A stretch of 64,000 nt of DNA from NCBI RefSeq assembly GCF_009914755.1, contig NC_060932.1. One strand, 5' to 3'. The stretch's first letter is position 1, and every line of letters starts with the position of its first letter. The stretch is from the human T2T-CHM13v2.0 reference genome, Homo sapiens. The notes beneath the pieces were generated by a model. The model searched no databases, was not told where the DNA came from, and saw only the letters and a list, made by a program, of their open reading frames with translations. The position numbers were made by a program, and so were the translations under genes. Positions 13,958-26,621 of the stretch are shown in pieces.

Positions 13958-14403
13958 TATTAAAGCAAACTAAATATGGCCTGAGAAGGACTCCATACTT
14001 CTATATATATTTGAGTCCTTATGGATGAACTGCAACCTAACTTAATAGGTAGACAAGATTGAAAACCTAATTTAACAGTACCTGCCTGTAACAATAGCTG
14101 AGTATTGGCCAATCCCAGCAGCCATACTTTAACCACTCATAGACTGCTGAGTGTTCAGACTGTGTTCAAATAAAGCAAACGCCAAGCTGTAACCAATCCA
14201 GCTGTTTCTGTACCTCACTTCCAATTTCTGTATGTCATTTTTGTTTGTTTTTTTTTTTTGGTTTATAAATTTGTTCTGACCATGAGGCATCTCTGGAGTC
14301 TCTCTGAATTTGCTGTGATTCTGGGGGCTGCCTGATTTGCAAATTGTTCATTGCTCAATTAAACTCCTTTAAATTTAATTCAGCTGAAATTTTTCTTTTA
14401 ACA
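13958..14403 (+). mobile_element. 5' LTR of a MER57-type ERV1 provirus
   Basis: Starts TATTAAAGCAAACTAAATATGGCC (TG mutated to TA), ends CTTTTAACA; direct repeat of 21040-21493; preceded by TSD CTAC (13954-13957); CCAAT boxes near 14110 and 14193, TATAAA near 14264, ATTAAA near 14358. Confidence 0.9.
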
Positions 14404-14405
14404 GA

Positions 14406-14423
14406 TGGTGTCAGAAGTGGGGT
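14406..14423 (+). promoter_or_regulatory. Primer binding site, tRNA-Leu(CAA) type
   Basis: TGGTGTCAGAAGTGGG, 2 nt after the LTR, is complementary to the 3' end of tRNA-Leu(CAA) (..CCCACTTCTGACACCA). Confidence 0.85.
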
Positions 14424-15016
14424 CTGAAATAGAGCTTCTAACGACTTCCAGGAGCACTGAGTGAACATGCAAGGTACCTACAGGATCAACTTGTGTCCAT
14501 TGATCTCTCAGAGCAGCTGGAGATCATGGGTAAGTTCTCTCTTGGATTTCAGAGCTCCATGGATTTGTGGTTTGAGCTCTCCAAATTTCTTTGAGCAAAT
14601 TTCTGATCTAAACTGGGTTTGGAAGTCATGACAGAAGCTGGACTGGGTCCAGGAATGGATTTGATCCAGTAATTAATGGGCTTGGATCCAGTTAAAGACC
14701 TCTTACATCTGACTGGGTCAGAAAGAAACTGGTAACAAATGATAACATCGTGGAGGTGTAAAATTTGGCTTTTAAAAATGTAAGGGGATTTTTGCATTCT
14801 TCCCCTTTGTTTCATTTTCCTTGTGTGCTTAGATAAGAAAAATAATTCAGTAAGTTAATTAAGGGAACCTGAGAGCAAAGCCAATATATTAGGTAGATAT
14901 GGGATCTTAATTTCTGAAAAGACAAGTTTTTCTTGGCTTATACATTAGGCATGGGAATCCCAATCTGAAGGAAATAGACTGCAGCACAGGTTGGCTGACT
15001 TTGAATAAGTAATGGG

Positions 15017-15159
15017 GGACATTTTACCTGAGTAAAGGATGGGATTGGGTTAGAGGCTCACCCTTCAGGAAAGTCCCTCATGGTTAAAAATGGATTAAAG
15101 ATGACAGGGCCCAACTGGGGGCAAGTTTGAGTCTTGCCAGTTCAATTTTTGGTGCTAAG
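15017..15159 (+). repeat. Left arm of a 143-bp inverted repeat
   Basis: Reverse complement of 16594-16736, 7 mismatches by hand alignment. Confidence 0.95.
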
Positions 15160-16593
15160 CAGAGTGGCTGACATCTATGTTTTGTCACATGTATTTTACT
15201 CTGGCCAGAATGAACAATGTTAATTGGGTTATCCCATGCAATCCTTTGGGTGGCAACTTGCAAAATTGAGAGGCTTTTGCTTGTGGTTCCATGAAACAAC
15301 AACAAAAAAAGATTATTTTCCTAGGGTCACTAGGGCTGCTCAGGGAAAGGGAACCCAGAAGCCTGGCATGCCGGCAAAAGGGTAAAAAATTCTTACCATT
15401 CAGACTCTGGCCTCTCTCTCTCTCTCTGTGCAAACTGGTTAAATGAATGGTAAACGTCATTGTTTATCTCCTCTGTAAAGTTTTGATTAATACAAAAAAG
15501 AATTCTGAGGCTGATCTTAAGCTATACTAAATCTGGCGTGCTTTGTGTGTCTTTCTGTATTGTTCTGTCATAAAGAGGGATACCTTAGGATAAAATGCAT
15601 GCCCTGGACCCCATATGCCTGCTGTTCAAGACGGTGCAGCAAACTCGTCAATCATATCCTTGGGAACTTGACCTTGTCACTATGTGGCCCTGCTTTCTCT
15701 TTTTACAATGGTAGCCCGGGTTCAGGGTTCAATTCCCAGCTTAGGAAATGAGTACTTCCAGTTTGATATCCGCATGACCTTTACCATTTGTTGATTCTCT
15801 TCCCCTCCATGACTTATCTTAAATTTTCTTTTCCCTGAGCACAGAAATATTAGCCATTTGGCCTAGGCAAGTTTGAGTAATAAAAGATTTAAAAGGACTT
15901 TTTCAAAAAAGTACTATAGTTAGAAGTTGGCTTCATTAAAAGTGGATATTCAAGCTGTAACAGCCTGGGACTCCTTGAGACAAACAGGAGGCACCAGACC
16001 CCATTGTGGGGAAAAAAAACCAAAAAACAGGAATTGGAAATGGATAGATCTCTCTTGGAATCTAAGGCTCCGTTCTTTTTGGTATCCAGGATCTGGTATA
16101 AAAATGGGGACCCTTAATTTTGGGGATCTGTTTTTACATTCTAGCTGTGCCTGCTTCTTAGGCCCTAGAAGCTGCAGGCTTTCCTGGTGCTGTTCTTCCA
16201 AGAACTCCACCCTGAAGCCAGTAATCCAATTAAGAAAAAATGTAGAAACTGGCAAATGAAAAACCTTACAACTACTAAATCTTCTGTATGTGTAGTTACA
16301 TACTACACATGCATCATAGCACACACGATTAATCCCAGCTAGTTAATTGGCTTTAAGAAAAGTAAGTGCTTAAATTGAAATTTTGAAAGAAAAATAAAAA
16401 GTGTAATGCCTTTTAGTTCATATAATTTTAGTAATCTCAGGGAAATAAAAACAGGTTTAATGATTATTGGTAAAATAGAGATATTTGGTCTAAATTAGGC
16501 AGGTCAAATATTAGGTTTGCTAAGTGCTTTAAGGTCATAAACTGCTTCTTAGACTTTTGAAGATTGTTCAGCTTACCTTCTTTGGACCATTAA

Positions 16594-16736
16594 CTTACCA
16601 CCAAATATTGAACTGGCAAGACTCAAACTTGTCCCCAGTTGGGCCCTGTCATCTTTAATCCGTTTTTAACCATGAGGGACTTTCCTGAAGGATAAGCTTC
16701 TAACCCAATCCCATCCTTTACTCAGGTAAAATGTCC
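16594..16736 (-). repeat. Right arm of a 143-bp inverted repeat
   Basis: Reverse complement of 15017-15159. Confidence 0.95.
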
Positions 16737-16879
16737 TAAAGTAAAATAACTGGTTGTTTAAAAAGAAGTATATTTAGGACAAGTCAGAAAGTCCAAGCAT
16801 GTTGTAGATGGTCTGCGTAAGTTGCGAAAGGATTAATGAAAGGAAATGGATGCACTGAAAGTAAAAGTTGCTAAGAGTT

Positions 16880-17173
<294 letters not shown>

Positions 17174-18779
17174 AAAAGTTGCTAAGAGTTACCTTTATCA
17201 CATGTGATTAAAACTACTAAAAAAATAGTTTTACACGCAAGGTATGTGAGGAGAATGAAATGTGTTTTTGGTGAAAGATTACAAGAAGGTATGGGAATGT
17301 AAATTTTTGCCTAGTTTAGAGGGTTAAATTCTTTTAAATTAGAAAAGAATAAGTTAAAAGTTTGAACAGTTGTTAAAGGTTTGTAAAAATTAATCCTTTA
17401 AAAAACATTCTGTGTGTGAACATATTAACTAAATTTAAAAGAGTCTTTCCATTTTTTTCCATAAATTGAACATCAAAATAAAAACACAAACAGCATTTTC
17501 TTAAAGCACTTATCTGCTCGTTAGCAAAAATTTGTAAAGAGTACAAGGTCTATGAGAATCTCACCTTATGGTCAAATTGATTAAGATTGGAAAGATTTGT
17601 CTATAAGGTTTAATTAAAAATCAAGGTTGACATTAATAGTACACTAATACAAGGGTGAAATTTGGCTTTCTCTCTTGAACAAGATTTTCATGTAATATTA
17701 AAAGATAATGAAAGATTTTTGTTTGCCTTTTGAATAAACTGCTGAAAAAAGAAAGGAAAGACAAGAGACAAATTATTTGGAAAGCTGTCTTCCCTCTATC
17801 AATGGTAAAGGTTTTTGCCTTTTTAAAAATTTTTGAGTCATCATTTTGGCTAAATGAATGATTATGGTAACCTGGAATTGTATTTCACATTATCAAGAAT
17901 TTTAAACCTTTAACATATTTAATAGGCTTCCCAAAATCAAATTTCAGCTTCAAAATTGTCTTTTCTGACCTCTAACTTTAAGATGCTACAGATAGCCTCT
18001 GAAGCATCCAAAAAAGAGGTAAACAGAATTATTTGACATGTTCAATTTCATGGGAAGCATTGCCAACAATACACAAAGTTTTAATCTTCTTCAGGGTATA
18101 TTTTAGTGAATCATATTAATATATGTCTTAAAATTGTATGAGATTTCTAAAATTCTAATATGTCTGAGTACATGCTATTGATCATAATTATGGTTATTAT
18201 GTTATTGTAGACCACAGAAATAACCAAATTTCATTGTCAATTGTGTTTTTAACTATAACTATTTAAAGTCATTTCCACAGTTATTTGCTTAATGCTGATG
18301 CAGTTTCTGGAAACTTCACAAGCATGCAAAATCCTAGAATATGGTGTCTTTTGGTAGGTTCATGAAGGAGGGAAAGGACCCTAAAAGGCACTCTTAAATA
18401 CAGATTTCTAATAACTTGGGAATTATATTATTTGAACAGGGTAATAATTCCTGGAACTTTAATGAAAAGACAGACTGGGTTTTTAAACTGCTAATCCCAG
18501 TAGAACAAAAATTAAATACCAAGAAAATACTTTACCAGATTTTGATGCTAAATCAGCTGATACTGAAATTGTTTAGATATACATTTTGAAGAACTCCATG
18601 GTCTAAGTCAAATTACCTATGATAACCAATCATTTGTCAGTGCTGTGCACCTAATTTGGAGAACCAACTGGTATACAAGAAGGTAAAAAATCTAATGTTA
18701 ATTAAGCATGGACTCCTGGAGAATCAGCATGGCCACCTTGTCCTTCCTGAGTCGTTAAAGCTTTTGTTATTAAAAGTTC

Positions 18780-19280
18780 TTTATTCCACGACTCATCATA
18801 AAAAAGATAAAATAATCCAAATTGAATGTATTGGTGTGGTGACTTATAAATTGCTAAAATAGTGTATAACCAATGTTTGGTCCTGTATTCCTGGGAAAAC
18901 AATCAAAGCTTCTAGAATATTTGGTCACCTGATGGGCCATTTAAACATTTTATAAAGGAATTTCACTCAATTGTCATTTTCAATGCATATTTTCTATTTG
19001 TATAAAAGCGCTCCCATGCAAGAAGGCTAATGTTATAACACTAAGTTATTATGCCACAGTGTATTTTTACCAGGTAAAGAAAGTTTCTTTTATGGACAAT
19101 CAACCTCTTCCCAATCTAGAACCTGAAGACTGGATCTTCTGAGAATGTCAGAGAAAGACTGTCCTTGCCATCCACATTGCAGCAAAACTTTGGAACTTTG
19201 AACTTTGGGTTCATAATCTCGCAAATGAGAAGGGTCCTTCCACACTCTTGGAACTGTACACCCATTGGAATCCTTAAGGT
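18780..19280 (+). pseudogene. Decayed retroviral integrase remnant
   Basis: Frameshifted fragments resembling GPF.HL..DF.QL and LEP.DW..(T)AAKL...E.WVH of gammaretroviral integrase. Confidence 0.5.
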
Positions 19281-19406
19281 AAAGCTAATCAGGGAAGTCT
19301 CTCCAAGAAAAAGATGGCATCCTTGATGTGAACAGCTTTCCCAAAATCACAAATCAAGACTTCTTCTATTAAGAGACTCTTATCTTTGAATATTTTTTCT
19401 TGTTTA

Positions 19407-19793
<387 letters not shown>

Positions 19794-20064
19794 TTATGGA
19801 GTATACTTTTATTTGTAAAGGATTTTGCAGCCAGCCTTATACATAGATAATCTTATACTTTGATAGGTAAAAGATGAAGGTCCAATGTAGGTGAGAAACT
19901 TTAATGGTACATACATTCCCTCATAATCAGTCAGAAAGTTAACATTAATTCACTCCTCTTAACCCACATCATGAGTTAAAGAGAACATTGCCAAGGAGGC
20001 CTTTGCTCTTCTCTAAGAGAAGGACATCATTTGTTAGGTCCTTTTTCCAAAGTTTGGAATAACA

Positions 20065-20510
20065 GAGGCAATGATTAGAAATGTATCCCTCATAATAGGC
20101 TCTATAGCAGATTCTACTGTAAATGCCATGGTTACACCACAGACCTTAAATTCTCTTGTGAAAGTTATGCTAAAGAATAGAACTGGCTAAACAAAAAAGT
20201 ATCTGTGTGCCTGTTGACACTTATGGCCTATGGAGAAAATCAGGTATTATAGAGATTCAGTTGTAGAGGATTAACAAAGAGTCTGCTTAGTTAAGTGAGT
20301 AGACTCTTCATCTAGCTCATTCTTTAAAGTACTTGATTTTAGGTGGTTTTGTTTATGGGAACCCCAGGTAAGAAGCATATGCCAAACTCTTGGTTTTTAT
20401 CCTCCTGATAGTCATAATAGTCTCCCTGGTGCACTGTATTATCTCAAAGGTTTTAAATGTTTGCATGCGGCCATCTCTAGAATGTCAAATGGTGCGTCTT
20501 CAACTGGAAT
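20065..20510 (+). pseudogene. Decayed env transmembrane-subunit remnant
   Basis: Translates EAMIRNVSLIIGSIADSTVNAMVTPQTLNSLVKVMLKNRTG* (heptad repeat plus LQNR-like immunosuppressive domain), then a degenerate CX6CC region and hydrophobic ILLIVIIVSLVHCII. Confidence 0.65.
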
Positions 20511-21026
20511 GACAAGAGTTGAAAGAAATGTGTGATCATGAGGACACTGTAACCTATGAATCACATGCTGTGACCAGAAACACAAAATGATGTCAACTGA
20601 GAGTGGTACTAAGGCCCTAAGTTTTAGTCACACTCTCACCTAAGTGAAAACCTGGCCAAAAAGCGGGTAATTTTTTAAAGCAAAATTATGGGAGGCCATT
20701 GTTTTGGACTGAGCTCATGCACTAGGCCCTAACAGACCAAATCAAACAAAAACGGAGTCACTCATGCTAAATATGACATAATCACACTAAGACTTTAAAG
20801 AAACACAAAGATCCTAGACCAGGACAAACAAGGTTTTGTTTTTCTCCTGTAAACAGGGCATTCCAGTATAGGGAGTTACCCTCTACTCAGTCCTTGTTCC
20901 TACCTTTGCAAAACTCACTGTTCTGTTTCCCAGTGAGTTGCAAGACCAAATAAGTACATTTACAATGGTGATAGTGACATCAATTACTAAAGTTTTGGTC
21001 AATCAATCAAAATTGAAAAAATGGCC

Positions 21027-21038
21027 AAAAGGGGGGAA
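21027..21038 (+). promoter_or_regulatory. Polypurine tract
   Basis: AAAAGGGGGGAA just before the TG of the 3' LTR. Confidence 0.85.
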
Positions 21039-21039
21039 T

Positions 21040-21493
21040 TGTTAAAGCAAACTAAATATAGCCTGAAAAGGACTCCATACTTCTATATTTGAGTCTTTGT
21101 GGATGAACTGCAATCTAACTTAATAGGTAGACAAGATTGAAAACCTAACTTAGAAGTATGCACCTGTAATAATAGCTGACTGTTGGCCAATCCCGGCAGC
21201 CATATTTCAACCACTCACAGACTGCTGAGTGTTCAAACTACTAGTGTAGTGTTCAAAACTGAGTGTTCAAATAAGGCAAAGACCAAGCTGTAACAAACCC
21301 AGCTGTTTTCGTAACTCACGTCCAATTTCTGAATGTCACTTTACTTTTTTTGTCTATAAATTTGTTCTGCCCATGAGGCACCCTGGAGTCTCTCTGAATC
21401 TGCTGTGATTCTAGGGGCTGCCCAATTTGAAAATCATTCATTGCTCAATTAAACTCCTTTAAATTTAATTTGACTGAAGTTTTTCTTTTAACA
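21040..21493 (+). mobile_element. 3' LTR of the MER57-type provirus
   Basis: TGTTAAAGCAAAC...CTTTTAACA followed by TSD CTAC (21494-21497); about 10-12% diverged from the 5' LTR by hand count. Confidence 0.9.
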
Positions 21494-23372
21494 CTACTTA
21501 GGCATATGTCTAATAAAAGACATCTAAGATCTTTTATTTAAAAATTACAGAAAAGTATTGTTGGGAGAAATTAAAGACAGGCTAAACAATTAGAAAGACA
21601 TGTGATATTCATTGATTGAAAGATTCAAAATTGTTCCCATGGCAATTCTCTCAAAATTTGTTATGTGAAGTCAACATAATACCAATCAGAACCCCAGCAT
21701 GCATTTGTTAAAAATGACAAAATGTTCCAAAGCATGTGTGCAAATCCAAAAAGTATAGAATAGTGAAAGCAATTTTGGAAAAGAAGAACTTCACCTAATT
21801 TCAAGGCTTATTATATAGCTACCATCATCAGGACACTTTGATAATGCCCAAAAGATAGATATGTATATTAGTGGAGTAGAATAAAGTTTAGAAAAAGACT
21901 CATATATGCATGGTAAATTGATTTTTGACAGAGTTTGACAGAGGAAAGTTCACTTGAGAAAGAAAAGCCTTTTCAATAAATCTTGCTGGATCAACTGTAC
22001 CTCCATAAGCAAAAATAAATAAATAAATGCTAACCTTTACCTCACATCATACACAAACATTTACTCCAAATAGACACTAGGCCTAAAGTAAAACATAAAC
22101 CTATAAAACAACTAGAAGAAAACTTGGATGTAATCATTTTAAGTTTGGCATAGTTGATAGCTCCTTAGACAGATATTTTAAAAGCATTAACCATAAAAAT
22201 AAAACTGATAAATTGGACCTTCTTAAATTTAAAATCTATTATCATATGAAAATTGTCATTAAGAAAATCAAAATGCAAGCCACTAACTGGAGGAAAAATA
22301 TTCACATTACATATATTAGACAAAGGATTTGACTCCAGAGTAGAGAGTAAACTCTTATACTTTAATAAGAAATAAATGAAAACAGAAAAACAAATGCAAA
22401 TGGATAAAAGGTTGAAACAGAGATTTTAAAAAAGAAGATAAGTGAATGACAACCACATGGAGACATGTTTAATCTCATTAGTCACCAAATTAAAACCACA
22501 ATTAGATACTACGATAACCCATTGAGATAGCTGAAATTTTTTAAAAGACCATATAAAGCAGGGCTTAGCAAACTTCTTTTGAATAAAAGGACCAGATAGT
22601 AAATATTTTAGGTTTCATTGGCCTTATGGTCTTTGTCAAAACTATTCAACTCTGCCACTGTAGCATCAATGCAGCTATAGACAATTAGTGAATGAAGGAG
22701 CATAGCTATATTATTTACAAAAACAGGTGGCAAACAAGATACCTCAGGCCATAGTTTGTCTTAAAGTCTTGGCAAGGACATGAGAACTGAACTTCTCATG
22801 CTATCAGTGAAAAAAAGCTAGGCAGTCATCTTTAAAAATTAAGCATACGCTTAATATACAACACAACCATTCCACTTCTAGGTATTTATCTGAAAGAAAT
22901 GAAAACATATGTTTAAAGACTTATACGAAATCCTTGTAGCAGTTTTAGCATGGTTAAATGGATAAATTATAGCCTATCCAAACAATAGAATATTACTCGG
23001 CAATAAATGGCAATCAACTATTAATACATACAACAACATGAGTGAATTTTTAAATCATTATGTTGAATGAAAGAAGCCAAGACAAAAAAGTATATATTGC
23101 ATGACTCCAATTATGTAAAATTCTAGAAAATGCAAACTAATCCCTAGTGAAGAAATCAGATCAATGATTCCCTGTAGATTGGAGTGAAGGGATGCAAGGA
23201 TTATAAAGAGACATAAGGAAACTTTCGAGGGGAAATGGAAATGTTTGTTATCTAGATGGTGGTTATTATTTCACGGGTGTATACATATGTCAAAACTGAT
23301 CAAATTGTACATTTTAAATATGTGCAGTTTATTTTACTTCAATTAAACTACAATAAAGTTTTTTTAAAAAAA
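21494..23372 (+). mobile_element. Old L1M LINE (L1ME/MD-like), 3' part
   Basis: Resumes with TAC TTA GGC ATA (YLGI of ORF2p); ends with GGGTGTATACATATGTCAAAACT..AATAAAG and an A-rich tail. Confidence 0.85.
22559..22760 (+). mobile_element. MER58A hAT-Charlie DNA transposon inserted in the L1
   Basis: CAGGGCTTAGCAAAC..GGACCAGATAGTAAATATTTTAGG..ACTATTCAACTCTGCCACTGTAGC..GGCCATAGTTTG. Confidence 0.8.
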
Positions 23373-23375
23373 ATA

Positions 23376-23965
23376 GTTGGATGAGATCACCAATGGAATA
23401 AGTGTAGATAAAGAACAAAAGCCCAAGGCTGGTCCCTAGCATATTCCAACATTTAGAGACAGAGAGAAGGAACTAGCAGAGGGAACAGCCAGTAGGACAA
23501 GAAGAGATCTGGGAATGCACGGGGGTTTTGTAACCCAAAGTCAGCAAGTGTATCAAGGCAAAATGTGTGATCAACTGAATTAAATACTAATATTAAGGAA
23601 GATAAGGACTAAAAATTGATGATAGGGTTTTAGCAACATGGAAATCACTAGAGACAATTTAAAAAATAATTTTCTTGTAAGGATGCAGAAAAGTTTTGTG
23701 GTAAAATAGAGCAGAGAATTAGAGAGAGTCAGTTTGTTCATTATTTTCCCAAATAGGGGAAACCGCAGAATATTTTTATGTTGATAAGAAGGGAAGAAGA
23801 GTGGCTAGATGTTGGAGTGATACTATGAGGAGATGTGTGGCAATGGGATCTTGTAAACAAGTGGAGGGGATGGCCTCAACTTTGAGCACAGACTTCTTCC
23901 AAAGAGAAGGTAGAGTATGTGAGAAGAGATACAGGTAGGTGGATAAATACGGTGATGAGAATTTG
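23376..23965 (-). mobile_element. L2 LINE, right part
   Basis: GGATGAGATCACC..AGTGTAGAT..CCAAGG continues the L2 broken at 12838. Confidence 0.65.
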
Positions 23966-23970
23966 TGGAA

Positions 23971-24182
23971 CAGTAATTCTCACTTTGAGTGTACATGGGA
24001 ATCACCTAGATTATATTTTAAAATACTAATGCCTACCCCCTATACACACCTAACACCTGAGTTTCTTAATTAATTGATTTGGGTTCCAAACTGGGTATTG
24101 ATTTTTTGTTTGTATTTTTGTCTTTTTTGGTGTTGTTAGTATGGAGAAGATTCTTGGGTGCATCCCAGGTTGAGAACCACTG
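23971..24182. mobile_element. MER5-type hAT element
   Basis: Terminal inverted motifs CAGTAATTCTCA...TTGAGAACCACTG, with internal GAATCACCT. Confidence 0.6.
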
Positions 24183-24739
24183 TAGTATAGAAGTCCTCTT
24201 AAGATTGCCCAATGTTTTCCAATAAAACAGAAAACAAAGTCTTCAGCTCAGAGAGTGAGGGAGGAAGTATTGTGGTTTGAGGTGAAATGCAAAAACTTAA
24301 ATCCAATTTCAACTAGGCAACTCAAAGGTGACATAAGGTCCCTAATGTAACGAGAAAAAGAAAGATTAGGGCAGAATTGAATCAGAACAAGTCTTCGTAA
24401 AAGCAATAGGGAGATGGAAAGAGAAAACATAATGCATCATCCCTGAGAGAAAGACATCAAGGACTAGATGCCAAAGGAGATATCTGGCAAAGCTAGGCCT
24501 GCAGTTTCTATGGGGGGGTTGGCAGGAACATAGTGTAGAAGAAAGAGTCAGGAAAACTGGATTATTATCCTGGCCGCATCACTTCAGCCCTTGTCTGTTG
24601 AAGTCAAATGTGTTAGATGAATCGTAGTTCAATTCTGTAATATCTAATATAATATCTGCCACAAAAGACTAGAGAGACCTAAGACAGTTTTTTGGGAGTA
24701 ATATAATTTTTACATGCCAGTTCAAGACATTTGGCTCTT

Positions 24740-25340
24740 TCTTTATAGGAAAGTGACCCACTGAAGGGATTTGAATAGAAACATAACATGATCAAAATAT
24801 TTCACAAGGATTCATCTGGAGGTGGCATGAAGGAAAAAATTAGGAAAAAAGATGAAGGAAAGTTTGAAGGAAATTATTGCTGATTTAAAAGTGAGGCAAT
24901 GAGTCTGCAGTGAAGTGGTGGCAGTGGGAATGGAAAGGAAATGATGGATGTAAGATAAATTTTAGAGTAAAATTCAACTAATTGGATGACTAATTGGATG
25001 GAGAGAGCAGGGAGTCAAGAATGACTCAGTTTTGTGCTTAGTTGTCTAGGCAATGGTGGCAGAATGAATAAGAATCGGGAATCAGGATAGAAGTTGAGGA
25101 AGGAGCTGAATTTAGGCAGAAAGATGACAAATTTGTTCTTTGACACAGTTGTGCTTTAATTTGCTACAGAGGTGCCAATGAAATGCCCACCAGGCAGTTA
25201 GCTCTCTGGGATTAGAGCTCAGAAGAAAATATGACCAGGAGATGGAACTGATGATTAACCACCAAATATTTGATTGTTATGGCCATGAGAATAAAATCTT
25301 GAGAGAGAAGACCCAGTGAGAAAGCTGAGTTGAAGGGAAT
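24740..25340 (-). mobile_element. L2 LINE fragment
   Basis: GTGGTGGCAGTGGGAATGGAAAGG..GGAGTCAAGAATGACTC antisense L2 motifs. Confidence 0.6.
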
Positions 25341-26578
25341 TTCTGTGCATGGTGTTAACCCTTCAGTTGGTGGATTGTGGGGAGAAAGGAGGCCTGAGGG
25401 ATTCCAGTGAAGAAGCTGGCATGGAAATGAGGCATTCAAAAAACCTGGGGAAGTGGTCCCTTAGCAATTAGGTTGGAAATATTTGGATATTTTAACAACT
25501 TTTTTTTAGCTGTACCTGTGTGTGCAGGCCGAATGAACACCAGTCCTGAGTATAAACGAGGTCAATATTGGTTTATACTAGGTAAAGCTGCAGCTAGATC
25601 TTTCTCTTGATCCTGAGTTCTTAAGAACCCAGGAAGCTGTGCTAAAAGCAGCAGTTATGGTTCCTATTAGGCAGCACTGGAGTGAGGCAAGAATTAGCAT
25701 TCTACATTTTCAACAGGCACCCCCAAATGATTCTGAAACATACCAGCACATTAGCAATGACTAGGAGAGTTAGTTGGGTAACTACCTTCATCCATAAGAG
25801 CAAAAGAGAATGAGGATCCAAACTCCAATGCCAATAAAATAACACCTGAATTAGGTCCACCCTTAGGGAGTATTTACTTATATGCCACAAGCCCAGCATC
25901 TGGGGCTGCCTTACCAGGACAGTAAAAATCTTGAGCTTCACAATCAACATAACTGACTGGCTGGGATACAGGGAGCCCATTTTTGTGAGATAAACATTAT
26001 GTGCTGTTGCAAATAAAGGCCAGTGAAATAGCAGCAGATCAGGTTGCTTTGGATTCTAGGTTAATCTTTTCACCATTTGGGTCCATGAGATTTCCCAAAG
26101 GCTATTTTTTTTTTCTTGTGGGAGATGAAGGGGAAGGAGACCATTCTGGAGGATGAAGCTATGTTACTACATGGTACAATTAAAACACAAATTAAAGATA
26201 GGTCCTAAAAAAAATTCTCTTCATATCAAAAATGTGCAGATGTACTGTAGCTTTATGTAGTCTGAGTCAATTTCAGTGGAAATAAAAACACTTAGAGTGT
26301 CATAGAAATAACATTTGCTAAGGGAAAGTTGAACTGGCAGGACTGATCTAATTCTGATAAAAAAAATATTGGTTTGAATTTACAGGCTAAGATGGTTATA
26401 AACCACCCTATTATCTGCCATATTTTGCCTAAGTGGTAGTTTTTTTTAACTTAAAGGAGACTCAACCTTGTGATTAAATAAACAGTCTGAATCACTTAGC
26501 AGGTCAAAGCTGAGAAGTGCTGGCAGAACAAGTCCCGCAGTGGAATAGACAGGCTGTGTGTGTGTGCCGCAGACTCAC

Positions 26579-26621
26579 CAACATGACCTGCAATTTAACA
26601 ACAGCACATCCCACAATTCAT
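26579..26621 (-). other. Candidate 43-nt exon with internal 9-nt microexon option (26579-26587)
   Basis: Minus strand: CTGAT..GGCTTTTTTGGCATTTCCAG | exon | GTGAGT; second acceptor TTGCAG 9 nt before the donor; splice motifs only. Confidence 0.35.

Noticed and set aside
15927-16324. Overlapping 110- and 124-aa ORFs in the provirus
   Set aside because: No gag, pro or pol motifs recognisable; chance ORFs in decayed ERV sequence
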